A DNA stretch of 64,000 bases from an uncultured Verrucomicrobiae bacterium (GTDB lineage Bacteria > Verrucomicrobiota > Verrucomicrobiia > Limisphaerales > JAFGQR01): assembly GCA_963788655.1 (NCBI GenBank), contig CAWBHS010000100.1, positions 1 to 64,000 of the forward strand, read 5' to 3'. A model generated the notes under the pieces. That model had not been told where the DNA came from, did no database searches, and saw only the letters and a list, made by a program, of their open reading frames with translations. Made by a program: the position numbers and the translations under genes. Position 1 is the stretch's first letter. Each line of letters begins with the position of its first letter. Below, one piece after another: positions 18,307 through 26,871 of this stretch.

Positions 18307-19755
18307 GTGGTACAACAACAGACCTTACGTCAGGGCGTTAGTTTTTCCGGTTTCGGCCTTCACAGTGGGAACCGAGTTAATATGGCGTTGCTGCCGGCGG
18401 CGACGAATAGGGGCGTCCGTTTCCGGCGTGTGGACCTGAACGGCCGGCCGGAAATTGAAGCGCACCTCGAGTACGTGACGGAAACGACGCGCTCCACGAC
18501 GCTGTCCAAAGGCAACGTCAAAGTGCAAACCGTCGAGCACGTGTTGGCCGCGTTGGCCGGGCTGGAAGTGGACAACGCGGTCATCGAACTCGATGCCAAC
18601 GAACCGCCGATTGCCGATGGCAGCGCCCGCGAATACACCCGGATGATTGAAGAGGCCGGCCTGGTGGCCCAGGCAGGCAAGCGGGAGCCTTACCGGGTCA
18701 GCGAGCCAATGGAACTGGTGAGCGGCGACAACCTGGTGACGGTTTTCCCGCACCACCGGCTGAAGATCACCTGCACCAGCGCGGACAAGGGCGGGCGGTT
18801 TGTCCAGTTTTACACGGTGGAGCTTTCCCCGGAAACCTGGAAGCGCGACCTGGCCCAGGCCCGGACGTTCTGTTTTTACGAGGAAATCGAACACTTAATC
18901 CGTAACGGTCTCATCAAGGGCGGCAGTTTGGAGAATGCGGTGGTGATCCGCGAAGACGCGGTGCTGACCACCGAACCGTTGCGGTATGCGGAGGAATTTG
19001 TCCGCCACAAGATTCTCGATATCGTGGGCGATCTGTCGTTGCTGGGTCGGCCCTTGGCGGCCCACATTATTTCCGTGAAACCGAGCCACGCGGCCAATTA
19101 CGAACTGACGAAACTCATCTACAACCAAATGCGCAAACCCATCGTTGCCACCCACACGTTTGCTCCCCCGCCGCAGCCTCCGGACGAAAAGCCGGCTCCC
19201 GCGGCGGCGGAGAAGCCCGCGCCCTCCGCTTCGTCCAGCACTGAGAAACCGGCGCCGCTCCCGAATCCGCCCGCGGCCGAAATGCCAGTTCCGTCCAAGG
19301 ACATCATTGAGGCGGTGCGCGATGGCGCCACCTTGGACGTGATGCAGATCATGAAGATTTTGCCTCATCGCTATCCGTTTCTGATGGTGGACAAAGTGAT
19401 CAAGATCCAGGGCAACAAAATCACCGGCGTCAAAAACCTGACCATCAACGAACCATTTTTCGAAGGCCATTTCCCCAATCACCCGATCATGCCGGGTGTG
19501 CTCCAATTGGAAGCCATGGCGCAGGTGGCGGGGATTCTCATGCTCAAACAGGCGGAAAACTACGGCAAGATCGCCTATTTCATGTCGGCCGAAAACGTGA
19601 AGTGGCGCCGGCCGGTGCGGCCGGGTGATGTGTTGCACATTGACGTCGAACTGGTCAAATCACGCGGCAAGATTGGCAAGGCCAAGGGCGTTTGTTTGGT
19701 GGACGGCGAACCGGTCAGCGAGGCGGAAGTGACGTTCGTGCTTCAGGCTGCTTGA
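18307..19755 (+). CDS. lpxC-fabZ: Bifunctional UDP-3-O-acyl-GlcNAc deacetylase / 3-hydroxyacyl-ACP dehydratase
   Basis: TVEHVLAA, ARTF, RHKILD (LpxC); LPHRYPFLMVD, GHFP..PIMPGVLQLEAMAQ (FabZ). Confidence 0.96.
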   Translation: MVQQQTLRQGVSFSGFGLHSGNRVNMALLPAATNRGVRFRRVDLNGRPEIEAHLEYVTETTRSTTLSKGNVKVQTVEHVLAALAGLEVDNAVIELDANEPPIADGSAREYTRMIEEAGLVAQAGKREPYRVSEPMELVSGDNLVTVFPHHRLKITCTSADKGGRFVQFYTVELSPETWKRDLAQARTFCFYEEIEHLIRNGLIKGGSLENAVVIREDAVLTTEPLRYAEEFVRHKILDIVGDLSLLGRPLAAHIISVKPSHAANYELTKLIYNQMRKPIVATHTFAPPPQPPDEKPAPAAAEKPAPSASSSTEKPAPLPNPPAAEMPVPSKDIIEAVRDGATLDVMQIMKILPHRYPFLMVDKVIKIQGNKITGVKNLTINEPFFEGHFPNHPIMPGVLQLEAMAQVAGILMLKQAENYGKIAYFMSAENVKWRRPVRPGDVLHIDVELVKSRGKIGKAKGVCLVDGEPVSEAEVTFVLQAA

Positions 19756-19759
19756 GCCC

Positions 19760-20533
19760 ATGAAGGCCATTCATCCCACGGCCATCGTTCACCCCGGAGC
19801 GCAGCTCGGCGCGAGTTGCTTCATTGGGCCGTACTGTGTGCTGGGCGAACACGTCGTTCTGGGCGATGGTTGCAAACTCCATTCGCATGTGGTCATCGAC
19901 GGGCACACGGTCTTGGGGAACGAGAACGAGATTTTTCCGTTTGCCAGCATCGGCTTCAAAACTCAGGACTTGAAGTGGCAGGGCGGGCTCACCCGCACGC
20001 AGATCGGCGACCGGAACACCTTCCGCGAGTATGTCACGGTCAACAGCGCCACTGGCGACGGCGAAACGACCGTGGTGGGTTCGGACAATCATATCCTGGC
20101 TTACAGTCACATCGCCCACAACGTGGTGCTCGGCAACCATGTGATCATGTCCAATGTGGCTACGCTGGCGGGGCACGTGCTGGTGGAGGATCATGCGGTC
20201 ATTGGTGGTCTGGCTGCGATTCATCAATTCTGCCGCATTGGCCGGATGTCGATTATCGGGGGGTGCTCGAAGGTGGTGCAGGACGTGCCGCCATTTATGA
20301 TGGCCGACGGTAATCCTGCCCAAACCCGCACCATCAACAAAATTGGAATGGAACGTAACGGCGTGAGCGAAGAAGCCCAAAACGCGCTCAAGCAGGCCTA
20401 CAAAATTCTGTTCCGCGACAAACTGACCATCTCCAACGCGCTAACCCGCATCGAAGCCGAATTGCCCACTTTGCCGGAGGTTCAACACCTCGTCCAGTTT
20501 GGCCGTTCGAGCGAACGGGGATTGAGCAAGTGA
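19760..20533 (+). CDS. lpxA: UDP-GlcNAc O-acyltransferase
   Basis: IHPTAIV, hexapeptide repeats, SHIAHN, IHQFCRIG, QDVPPF. Confidence 0.96.
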   Translation: MKAIHPTAIVHPGAQLGASCFIGPYCVLGEHVVLGDGCKLHSHVVIDGHTVLGNENEIFPFASIGFKTQDLKWQGGLTRTQIGDRNTFREYVTVNSATGDGETTVVGSDNHILAYSHIAHNVVLGNHVIMSNVATLAGHVLVEDHAVIGGLAAIHQFCRIGRMSIIGGCSKVVQDVPPFMMADGNPAQTRTINKIGMERNGVSEEAQNALKQAYKILFRDKLTISNALTRIEAELPTLPEVQHLVQFGRSSERGLSK

Positions 20534-20539
20534 GTTTGG

Positions 20540-21340
20540 TTAAATGTCCACCATCGTCCGTTGACGTTGGTTGAAGCGGCAGCATTGGGTGTAACCGAAA
20601 TTGCGGGCCAACTGCGCGGCCTCGGCGAAGTTGGCTCCAACTTCCAGCGCGGCGTGGGCGTCCGAACCAAAGGTGATCGGAACGCCGGCTTGCGCCATCA
20701 GGCCGATGAAGTCCGGGCTGGGATAAATCTCACGGCATTCCTTGCGCAAACCGGCGGTGTTCAGTTCCACGGCCACGTTGGCCGCTTGGGCCGCTTCCAG
20801 GAAACGTTCGAATAGAAACCGGCAATCCCCATGAGGACGGAAGCCGAATTTCTTCGGCAAATCCGCGTGGCCAATTATGTCGAACAGACCGGAAGCCGCA
20901 GCCTGCGTTAGTCGGTCAAAATAAATGCTCCAAACTTCGTCGGGTTCACGGTTCTTCCACTCCGAGATCTTGCCCGGATCATCGATTGCCCAACTGTCCG
21001 AAACGTAATGCACGGAGCCGATCAGATAGTCCCAAGAATGGCGCGTCGCCAGTTTGCGAATCCATGCTTCGTGGCCGGGCAGGTAGTCCACTTCCAGCGC
21101 TAGCTTAATGGCGAGACTGGGGTGATCGGCGCGCGCCCGCTCGACCTGGGTCACGTAGTCGTCCAGTTGATCGAAGCGCATGCGCCAATTATCGAAATCA
21201 TCGCGGGGCATGGGCGAGTGGTCGGAAAAACCGATCTCCGGCAAGCCTATCGTCACCGCCCGCTGCGCATAGTCGGTCGGATCGCCCGTGGCGTGACTGC
21301 ACAGCGGCGTGTGCGTATGATAATCCGCAGGCAAGCTCAT
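20540..21340 (-). CDS. hisJ: Histidinol-phosphatase, PHP family
   Basis: DYHTHT, FSDHSP, IGSVH, IGHADL, GSDAH. Confidence 0.85.
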   Translation of the reverse strand: MSLPADYHTHTPLCSHATGDPTDYAQRAVTIGLPEIGFSDHSPMPRDDFDNWRMRFDQLDDYVTQVERARADHPSLAIKLALEVDYLPGHEAWIRKLATRHSWDYLIGSVHYVSDSWAIDDPGKISEWKNREPDEVWSIYFDRLTQAAASGLFDIIGHADLPKKFGFRPHGDCRFLFERFLEAAQAANVAVELNTAGLRKECREIYPSPDFIGLMAQAGVPITFGSDAHAALEVGANFAEAAQLARNFGYTQCCRFNQRQRTMVDI

Positions 21341-21436
21341 GGCGGGAAACTAAACGGCAGTTGCTCAAAACGCAACCGCCAAAAACGGTGGCATGGCTGG
21401 TTGTGCGGGGCATTGCCTGAGCCGGGTTTTCATGCT

Positions 21437-21691
21437 TCATCGATCCGCCAGCCGCACATCCACAACCATGACAGTCTTCACCGCATCATCCGCCCAAAAC
21501 GTGATAGCGTAGCGTCCGATAATTCTGATCTGTCGAATCCGTCGGCTTCCGTCCAAATCCGTATAGTCTCCATGGGTATGCGGAGCCTCCGCGAGTGAAC
21601 GAACGAAGTCCATTATCAGCTTCCGCTGCGCACCTCGTGCCGGTACCGCCTCAAGAAGGTCAATGTGCAGATAGACTTTATAGCCCTCCAT
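21437..21691 (-). CDS. Putative RelE/ParE-like toxin
   Basis: 84 aa, YKVYL...GRYAITFWAD; directly downstream of a small acidic gene. Confidence 0.55.
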   Translation of the reverse strand: MEGYKVYLHIDLLEAVPARGAQRKLIMDFVRSLAEAPHTHGDYTDLDGSRRIRQIRIIGRYAITFWADDAVKTVMVVDVRLADR

Positions 21692-21898
21692 CTAGCCGTT
21701 GGACCTACCGTCAAGTCGGTGCTCAAATTCGTCGGGAGACAACCAATGCGTGGGCTCTGCATCCTGAAATCTGTGCGCCACACTGCCCTCATAATCTCCT
21801 TCCTTTAAATGCCGTAGATGGAACAAAAACGCAATCACCTCATCTTGCTCCTTTCGCGGCAGCGTCGCCAGTGTGTCTTTGATTTCCTGAACGCTCAT
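21692..21898 (-). CDS. Putative addiction-module antitoxin
   Basis: MSVQEIKDTLATLPRKEQ...WLSPDEFE; abuts the putative toxin. Confidence 0.55.
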   Translation of the reverse strand: MSVQEIKDTLATLPRKEQDEVIAFLFHLRHLKEGDYEGSVAHRFQDAEPTHWLSPDEFEHRLDGRSNG

Positions 21899-22180
21899 GG
21901 TGCAAGACTATCGAAATTGTTACTGAACCGCAAGTGGGAAGGTAGCCCGTTCAATTCTAAATCGTCAGGTAACCGGGTCAATGGCCGCACTTCTGCCAGT
22001 AAATCATCACTTGAGCTGACCAGAGTTCCAGCGCCTATCCCGAGTGTGCCATCAAAGCCCACTACCTGAGGAAACGATCTATTGTCTTTGAATGTGTTCC
22101 TTTCGTTCGGGACAGCCAGGACGGCGGTCTTGCTGCCAGTCATCAAAGGCTTGCCGGCGCCGGGCTAATGCGAGTATCAA

Positions 22181-22813
22181 ATGGCCGTGAACAGTCGAAA
22201 ACCATTGCGGGTGGGGGTGCTGGGTTCGGGTAAAGGCTCGAACATGGTCGCCATCGCCCAGGCGTGCGCCGCCGGAGAGATTCCCGCTCAAGTTGTCTGC
22301 GTGCTCAGTGACGTGCCGGACGCGGGAATCCTGGATCGTGCCGATGAACTCGGTTTGTCGGCCGAGCACCTGCCGCCGGGGAAATTTCGCACGAAGCTGG
22401 ACGAAGAAGCCGAGCGCACCTACGTGCAGCGGTTGCAGGACGCGGAAGTGGACCTGGTGGCCTTGGCGGGCTTCATGCGCGTGCTTAAAGGCGATTTCCT
22501 GCGGGCTTTCCCGCTGCGGGTGATCAATATTCATCCGTCGTTGTTGCCTTCGTTTCCGGGACTGGAAGCTTGGAAACAGGCGCTGGATTACGGCGTAAAA
22601 GTTACCGGTTGCACCGTCCATTTTGTAGATCAGGGCGTGGACACTGGACCGATTATCGGCCAGGAATCTGTACCGGTGCTGACCGGCGATACTGCGGCTA
22701 CTCTGCACGAACGCATTCAACAAGCGGAACGCCGGTTGTATCCGGCCGTGGTGGGCGCCCTGGCGGAAGGAAGGGTCAAGGTCAATGGCCGTCAGACCGT
22801 CTGGCAAGCCTGA
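22181..22813 (+). CDS. purN: Phosphoribosylglycinamide formyltransferase
   Basis: SGKGSN, LAGFMRVL, NIHPSLLP, GCTVHFV..GVDTGPII. Confidence 0.96.
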   Translation: MAVNSRKPLRVGVLGSGKGSNMVAIAQACAAGEIPAQVVCVLSDVPDAGILDRADELGLSAEHLPPGKFRTKLDEEAERTYVQRLQDAEVDLVALAGFMRVLKGDFLRAFPLRVINIHPSLLPSFPGLEAWKQALDYGVKVTGCTVHFVDQGVDTGPIIGQESVPVLTGDTAATLHERIQQAERRLYPAVVGALAEGRVKVNGRQTVWQA

Positions 22814-23058
22814 AAAATAATCTTCATTCCGGCGGTAACGGTTGTTGCGTTGCGTTGTCAGCTACGCTAAGTTCCCCACCTTTTCCGCGGTCGGTTTGAG
22901 CCGGACGAGGCATGGTTTGCGGTGCAGTGGTCACAGATAAGCATCGCCTTTCAGGGCCATCCGTGGAGAATTAGGCACCATACGCGCCCTAAGATATTAA
23001 CGAAACCGGCGGGCAATGAGTTTATGCCGTCGCCACCTGCGACGGGCAGCAGAATCAG

Positions 23059-23973
23059 ATGAAGAGCAAAACGAAGACTAAGAAAGCAAAGACGGCGGCC
23101 GCCAGGAAACTGCGGTTTGGCTTGCCCAAAGGCAGTCTCCAGGCGGCGACGGTCGAGAAGATGGCCAAGGCTGGCTGGAACATTTCCGTGAGCAGCCGGT
23201 CGTATATCCCGTATGTCGATGATCCGGAATTGGAAATGCGGCTCATCCGCGCCCAGGAGATCAGCCGGTACGTTGAAGCGGGTTATCTCGATTGCGGGAT
23301 CACCGGCTACGATTGGATCGAAGAGAACGGTTCCGACGTGCATGAAGTCGGTGAATTTTTGTTCAGCAAAGCCACGCGGCAGCCGGCCCGTTGGGTGTTG
23401 GCCGTCCCCGAATCATCGCCGATCAAGTCCCCCAAAGGATTGGCCGGCAAACGCATCGCCACCGAAGTGGTGAACTTGACGAAGAAGTATCTGCGCAAGC
23501 ACGGGGTGAAAGCCCACGTCGAGTTTTCGTGGGGCGCCACGGAGATTAAGGCCCACGAATTGGTCGATGCCATTGTGGAATTGACCGAAACGGGTTCCTC
23601 GCTGCGGGCCAACAAGCTGCGGATTGTGGATACCTTGCTGGCCTCGACCCCCCGGTTGATTGCCAATCATGCCGCCTGGAACGATCCCTGGCGACGGCAA
23701 AAGATCGAGACCATGGCGCTGCTGCTCCAGGGCGCGCTCGAGGCCGAGGCGCAGGTGGGTTTGAAGATGAACATCGCCGAAAAGAACCTGGATCAATTGC
23801 TCAAGAATCTGCCCGCTTTGCGCCGGCCGACGGTTTCTCATTTGAGCCAGCCCGGTTGGCTGGCCGTGGAAACCATTATTGACGAACACACCGCCCGGGA
23901 ACTCATCCCGCAGCTCAAGGCCGCCGGGGCTGAAGGAATTATTGAATATCCGTTGAACAAAGTCGTATATTGA
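23059..23973 (+). CDS. hisG: ATP phosphoribosyltransferase (long form)
   Basis: [29 protein letters not shown]-terminal regulatory domain. Confidence 0.96.
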   Translation: MKSKTKTKKAKTAAARKLRFGLPKGSLQAATVEKMAKAGWNISVSSRSYIPYVDDPELEMRLIRAQEISRYVEAGYLDCGITGYDWIEENGSDVHEVGEFLFSKATRQPARWVLAVPESSPIKSPKGLAGKRIATEVVNLTKKYLRKHGVKAHVEFSWGATEIKAHELVDAIVELTETGSSLRANKLRIVDTLLASTPRLIANHAAWNDPWRRQKIETMALLLQGALEAEAQVGLKMNIAEKNLDQLLKNLPALRRPTVSHLSQPGWLAVETIIDEHTARELIPQLKAAGAEGIIEYPLNKVVY

Positions 23974-24077
23974 CCGCCTAAGCATCGGGGAGTTGGCGCC
24001 CGGTTCGACGTTTTGGAGTTGCTCCGAAAAGACTCCGCTTCGTCCCTCCGCACCGCCCGCCCTCAATCTGAATAACT

Positions 24078-24179
24078 ATGGGTTCACTGAAGAAACGTCG
24101 TAAGACGAAAATAAATAAACACAAACGTCGCAAGAAACTGCGCGCCAATCGTCATAAGAAGCGCACCTGGCAGAAGTAA
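24078..24179 (+). CDS. bS22/mS38-like (AURKAIP1/COX24 domain) small basic ribosomal protein
   Basis: Hand translation [33 protein letters not shown] (33 aa); not in the ORF track. Confidence 0.88.
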   Translation: MGSLKKRRKTKINKHKRRKKLRANRHKKRTWQK

Positions 24180-24386
24180 TTGCCGACGCCGCGCCCGCTT
24201 CGGCGTTTGCCGGGCGGTCGAACTGTTTTGTTCCCAGCCGTCAAGGGATCCCGGCCTGCGCCTGGCCCTTGGCGGCTGAGGTTGTTGTTTGGGGCCGTTC
24301 CCTGGCGGTTTGCGTGGCGTGCGCAGGTCATTCTTTCTTGACCGGTGAAGTTGCTTTCCTGAGGACGATTAGTATTTTTCTATCCG

Positions 24387-26111
24387 GTGAAACGCATTCG
24401 ATTAACAAGTATCCTCCTGGCAGGATTATCGGTGGCGGGTTGCTCCACGGCTTCCCGCCAATCGACCCAGACTTCCGCCTCGCCCGTTCCGGACGGCTCG
24501 GACGCTTCCAGCGCCGACGAAGCCGATTACTCGCCGGAAGCGGTGGCGCACCGCACCGAGGTGCAGGCTCGTTTTGCCACCGGGTTTCTTTACGACCTGG
24601 ACGACAAAGCACCGCAGGCCGCCGAGGAATACCTCAAAGCCGGACTGGCCGATCCCACCAACGAACCGCTGGTTCTGGAAATCACCACGCGCTTGCTGCG
24701 TTTCAAAGAAACCGGCAAGGCGCTGGAGTTGCTCCAAAAAGCCACGGCCCAACCGGATGCTTCCGGCATGTTGTTCGCCCAATTGGGATTGATCTGCTCG
24801 CTTTCCGACAAAAAGGAAGCCGCCATTCAGGCCAACCAGACCGCCATCCAGAAATCACCCGAACTGCTGGCCGGTTACCGTCATCTGGCGCAGATTTATC
24901 TCCAGGACGGCCAGCCGGAGAAAGGTTTGGAGGTCCTGGACCAGGCGGCCCGGCAGCCGGAGGCCAGTGCGCTGTTCCTGACGGAACTGGGGGAGTTTTA
25001 TCTTGCGTTCAATCGGGTGGGGACCAACGACGCCGCCCGCACGCGCGCCAAGCAGGTGTTCGAGCGCGCCGCCGAACAGCAGCCCACTCATCCGCTCGTG
25101 TTGCAGAAGCTGGCGGATGGTTTGAACTTTGTCGGCGAGATCGCGAAAGCGGCGGAACTGTACCGCAAATTGCTCGAACAATTGCCCCAACTGCCGGGGA
25201 TTCGGGTCAAGCTGGCGGATCTCTACTTGCGTAACAAAGATTATTCGCAAGCCGCTGAACAACTCGAAGCCATCGTCAAGAGCGATCCGACCAATCTCCA
25301 GGCCAATTACATGCTGGGCAGCATTGCCTATGAGGCCAAGGACATGCCGCGGGCAGAGGAATGTTTTCGCAAGGTCAAATTGCTCAACCCGGATTTCGAG
25401 CCGGCGTATTACGACTTGGCCGGGGCGCTGATCAACTTGAACCAGCCGACGAATGCCCTGACCGTGCTGGACCAGGCGCGGGAAAAGTTTAAACCGAGTT
25501 TCGTTTGCGAGTTCTACTCCGCGATGGCCTACAGCCGGCAGAAACACTACAACGAGTCGCTCAAGCACTTGGTGGCGGCGGAGGTGGTGGCGCGGGCCAC
25601 CGATACCAACCGGCTGAACCAAGTATTCTATTTCCAATTGGGCGCTACTTATGAGCGCAACCAGCAGTTCGACGAAGCCGTCAAAAGCTTTCGCAAATGC
25701 CTGGAAATGGCGCCGGACTTTAGCGAAGCCCTGAATTATCTGGGTTACATGTGGGCCGAGCGGGGTGAGAACCTCAACGAAGCCCGCGAGATGATTGCGA
25801 AGGCCGTCAAACTCGACTCCAAGAACGCGGCCTATCTGGATAGCATGGGCTGGGTGCTATACCGGCTGAACCAACCCAAGGATGCGTTACCCTTTCTGCT
25901 CAAAGCGGTGGAGTACGCCGACGAACCGGACCCCACGCTCCACGACCATTTGGGCGACGTTTATTTGGCGCTGAAGCAAACCACCAAAGCGCGTACTGCT
26001 TGGCAGAAGGCGCTCACCATCGAACCGAATGAGCATAAGGAAGCGATCCAGAAGAAGCTCAACGCGTTGAAATCCGGCGCCGAGACATCTTCCAATTCCC
26101 CGTCGAACTAA
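24387..26111 (+). CDS. TPR-repeat lipoprotein
   Basis: Lipobox VAGC; multiple TPRs; ALNYLGY, YLDSMGWV, DHLGDV. Confidence 0.9.
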   Translation: MKRIRLTSILLAGLSVAGCSTASRQSTQTSASPVPDGSDASSADEADYSPEAVAHRTEVQARFATGFLYDLDDKAPQAAEEYLKAGLADPTNEPLVLEITTRLLRFKETGKALELLQKATAQPDASGMLFAQLGLICSLSDKKEAAIQANQTAIQKSPELLAGYRHLAQIYLQDGQPEKGLEVLDQAARQPEASALFLTELGEFYLAFNRVGTNDAARTRAKQVFERAAEQQPTHPLVLQKLADGLNFVGEIAKAAELYRKLLEQLPQLPGIRVKLADLYLRNKDYSQAAEQLEAIVKSDPTNLQANYMLGSIAYEAKDMPRAEECFRKVKLLNPDFEPAYYDLAGALINLNQPTNALTVLDQAREKFKPSFVCEFYSAMAYSRQKHYNESLKHLVAAEVVARATDTNRLNQVFYFQLGATYERNQQFDEAVKSFRKCLEMAPDFSEALNYLGYMWAERGENLNEAREMIAKAVKLDSKNAAYLDSMGWVLYRLNQPKDALPFLLKAVEYADEPDPTLHDHLGDVYLALKQTTKARTAWQKALTIEPNEHKEAIQKKLNALKSGAETSSNSPSN

Positions 26112-26117
26112 CGAGGC

Positions 26118-26504
26118 ATGGGGCATCAGTTCCGCCACCATTATACCCGCGCCGAGGCGCGCGCCTTGATCCCGCAACTGCGGGAGTGGTTGCGACTTCT
26201 CGTGGAAACCCGTGACCAACTCGGCCAACTGGACCAGCGGCTCAGTCAGCGGTTTGCCGGGGGTTGTGACGTAGGTGGCAACACTGCCAACGATTGGGTC
26301 CGCGCCGTGTGTGCCTTGAAGAAAGGACTCGCCCAATTCCAACAGCGCGAGATTCAAGTGAAAGACTTGGACCGCGGCATCATCGATTTCCCCGCCCTGA
26401 TTGGCGGACGGGAGGTGTTCTTGTGCTGGGAAAAGGACGAGGACGACATCGAATTCTGGCACGACTTGGACGCCGGATACGCTGGTCGCGAACGGCTGAT
26501 GTAA
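26118..26504 (+). CDS. DUF2203 family protein
   Basis: YT..EARALIP, VKDLDRGIIDFP, LCW..DE..I.FWH...GYAGR. Confidence 0.88.
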   Translation: MGHQFRHHYTRAEARALIPQLREWLRLLVETRDQLGQLDQRLSQRFAGGCDVGGNTANDWVRAVCALKKGLAQFQQREIQVKDLDRGIIDFPALIGGREVFLCWEKDEDDIEFWHDLDAGYAGRERLM

Positions 26505-26523
26505 CGGACGCAGGCGCGATTAC

Positions 26524-26800
26524 CAGCGTGCTGCCGGAATCCTGCCGGCAGTTTTGGAACAACGGTCCCGAACCAATGCCCAAGGCTCCCCCGTTAACAC
26601 GGGCTCGGCGGTGCGAGGGTCGATAGCCGTGGTTTGAGGGGGACTGCGGTGAACCGCGCGCCAGCGTTTGGAGTGCGCCCGGCTTGCCGGCGCTTTCGAA
26701 GGGCACGGGGGGGGACCGAACTCGCGGCGCTGCCTTGGCTGTTACGCGTTGTCCGTCGAACAAAAGCGGGAGCAAGCTCCACGCACACCAAACGCTTCGC
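26524..26800. repeat. REP cluster (GCCGGxATCCTGCCGGC and TTTGGAGTGCG families)
   Basis: The same motifs recur at 29890-29955 on the other side of the large gene. Confidence 0.7.
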
Positions 26801-26871
26801 GAGGTTTGAAGTGGCGCCGAAGCTCACCAAGGTAACGATGCGCAACTTCTGTCTGGCGACCCCATGCCGTT

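Noticed and set aside
22870..23055. Riboswitch or His attenuator upstream of hisG
   Set aside because: No His-rich leader peptide or recognisable aptamer consensus was seen.
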